Positions 62,614 to 64,000 of a stretch of DNA of 64,000 nt are shown here, in pieces; within the stretch, counting starts at the first letter, position 1; each line of letters begins with the position of its first letter. Location: the NCBI RefSeq assembly GCF_001447785.1, contig NW_015169805.1:62001-126000 (forward strand), given 5' to 3'. This DNA is from Gekko japonicus. Taxonomy: Eukaryota. Under the pieces are notes generated by a model. The model had not been told where the DNA came from. It searched no databases and saw nothing but the letters and a program-made list of their open reading frames with translations. The position numbers were made by a program, and so were the translations under genes.

Positions 62614-63212
62614 ATTAACACATGGAATTCACTGCCACAGGAAGTGGTGGTAGCTACAAGCATGGATGGCTTCAAGAGGGAATTAGATAAACATACGGAG
62701 CAGAGGTCCATCAGTAGCTATTAGCTACAACATATAGGTAGGAACTCTCCTCTGGGGCAAATTATGCTCTGTATTCTTGGTGCTGGGGGGGGGCAACAGT
62801 GAGAGGGCTTCTAGTGTAGAGCCAGTTTGGTGTAGTGGTTAAGTGTGTGGACTCTAATCTGGGAGAACCGGGTTTGATTCCCCACTCCTCCACTTGCACC
62901 TGCTGATGTGACCTTGGGTCAGTCACAAGCTCTGGCACAGCTGTCCTTGAAAAAGAGCAGTTTCTGTCAGAGCTCTCTCAGCCCCACCCACCTCACAGCG
63001 TGTCTGTTGTGGGGAGGGGAAGGGAAAGGAGTTTGTAAGCCGCTCTGAGACTCCAAGTGAAGGGCGGGGTATAAATCCAATCTCTTCTTCTTCTTCTTCT
63101 AGTGTCCTGGCCCCACTGCTGGACCTCCTGATGGCCCCTGGTATTTTTGGTCACTGTGTGACAGAGTGTTGGACTGGATGGGCCATTGGCCTGTTCCAAC
63201 ATTGGCTTCTCC
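62614..63212 (+). mobile_element. CR1 3' end containing a Squam3 SINE (62818-63095)
   Basis: tggaattcactgccacaggaagtggtgg...; SINE TSD cttctagtgt at 62808 and 63096. Confidence 0.85.
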
Positions 63213-63262
63213 TAGGATCTTAGATACCATGTTGCTGAATGTGGCACCTTCCATGAAGATGC

Positions 63263-63481
63263 AGTTTCACAGGGTAGCTGTGTTGGTCTGCGTTAGAACA
63301 GCTAGATTCAAGTCCAGTGGCACCGTACAGATCAACAAGATTTTCAACATATAACCTTTTGAGACTCAAAGCTCTCTTCATCAGACTCTCAAAAGGTTAT
63401 ACCCCAAAACTCTTGGTCTATAAGGTGCTACTGGACTCGAATCTAACTGTTCAACTGTAGACATGACTACCCTCTGAAACT
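63263..63481. mobile_element. Penelope-derived palindromic element with degenerate hammerhead core
   Basis: agtttca...gtccagtggcacc / ggtgctactggac...tgaaact arms; centre reads ctgatgaagagagctttgagtctcaaaagg on the minus strand. Confidence 0.75.
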
Positions 63482-64000
63482 AGATTTTCTCAAGTATTTC
63501 TTTATGCCTTTTTGGAGAGGGTTTTTTTTTTTTTAAGGACTTTGTTTCTGCACTAACCTCAAGTATCCGGAAGAAGCTCTCTGAAATTCTCCTGAGAGCT
63601 GAAAACATTGGGGGTGTTCCTAGTTTCATTTCAGCTTCAAAAATGTTCATACACTTTCCATTCATCTGGTTTTTGCATTATTTCCAATTCCAAGCAATAT
63701 CAATGGGAAAAATTTCTATCTCCCCCCCCTGGGGGGGGCATTTTCCATCTAATTCATATGACATTTTCAGGGACTGGATACTAGAGGTGTGCAAAAAAAC
63801 CATCCCAGTATTTTTCAGGATTAGGTGTATTGAAACTGAAAAATGTTGGCATTTTCCAATATTCCCGAATCCCAATATCTGTATGATATTGTAATTCGGG
63901 GGGAAATCAGGATTGGCGAATTTTTCAGCTCAGCATTGAAAGGGGCCATCCTTTTAAATGCATTTTGCTAGCTGCAGCACGAGAGAACCCTTCTGGGTTC

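Overview
Eukaryotic (squamate, most likely gecko, judged from its SINE repertoire) genomic DNA that lies almost entirely within introns of ABCC4/MRP4 on the minus strand. Four coding exons can be read with GT-AG sites and consistent phase: 62419-62456, 59788-59888, 57227-57373 and 10483-10562, equivalent to human exons 17-20, with a 46.7 kb intron between the last two. Most other recognisable sequence is nested transposable elements: L2, CR1, RTE/BovB and RTE-X LINE fragments; Squam3-, Sauria- and 5S-rRNA-derived SINEs; hAT MITEs; solo LTRs; and Penelope-derived inverted repeats. Nearly all other listed ORFs are spurious or decayed TE frames. The most notable observations are: a multi-template-switch local rearrangement at 22.2-25.1 kb; a Penelope-type hairpin with a minimal hammerhead ribozyme in the pre-mRNA sense strand; a modular 5S-derived SINE family, one copy carrying a CTCF-like motif; a GAG splice acceptor with an upstream stop-containing alternative; and changes in the glycosylated MRP4 loop. 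I found no clearly new multi-gene system. TE family names are from pattern recognition, not database searches.
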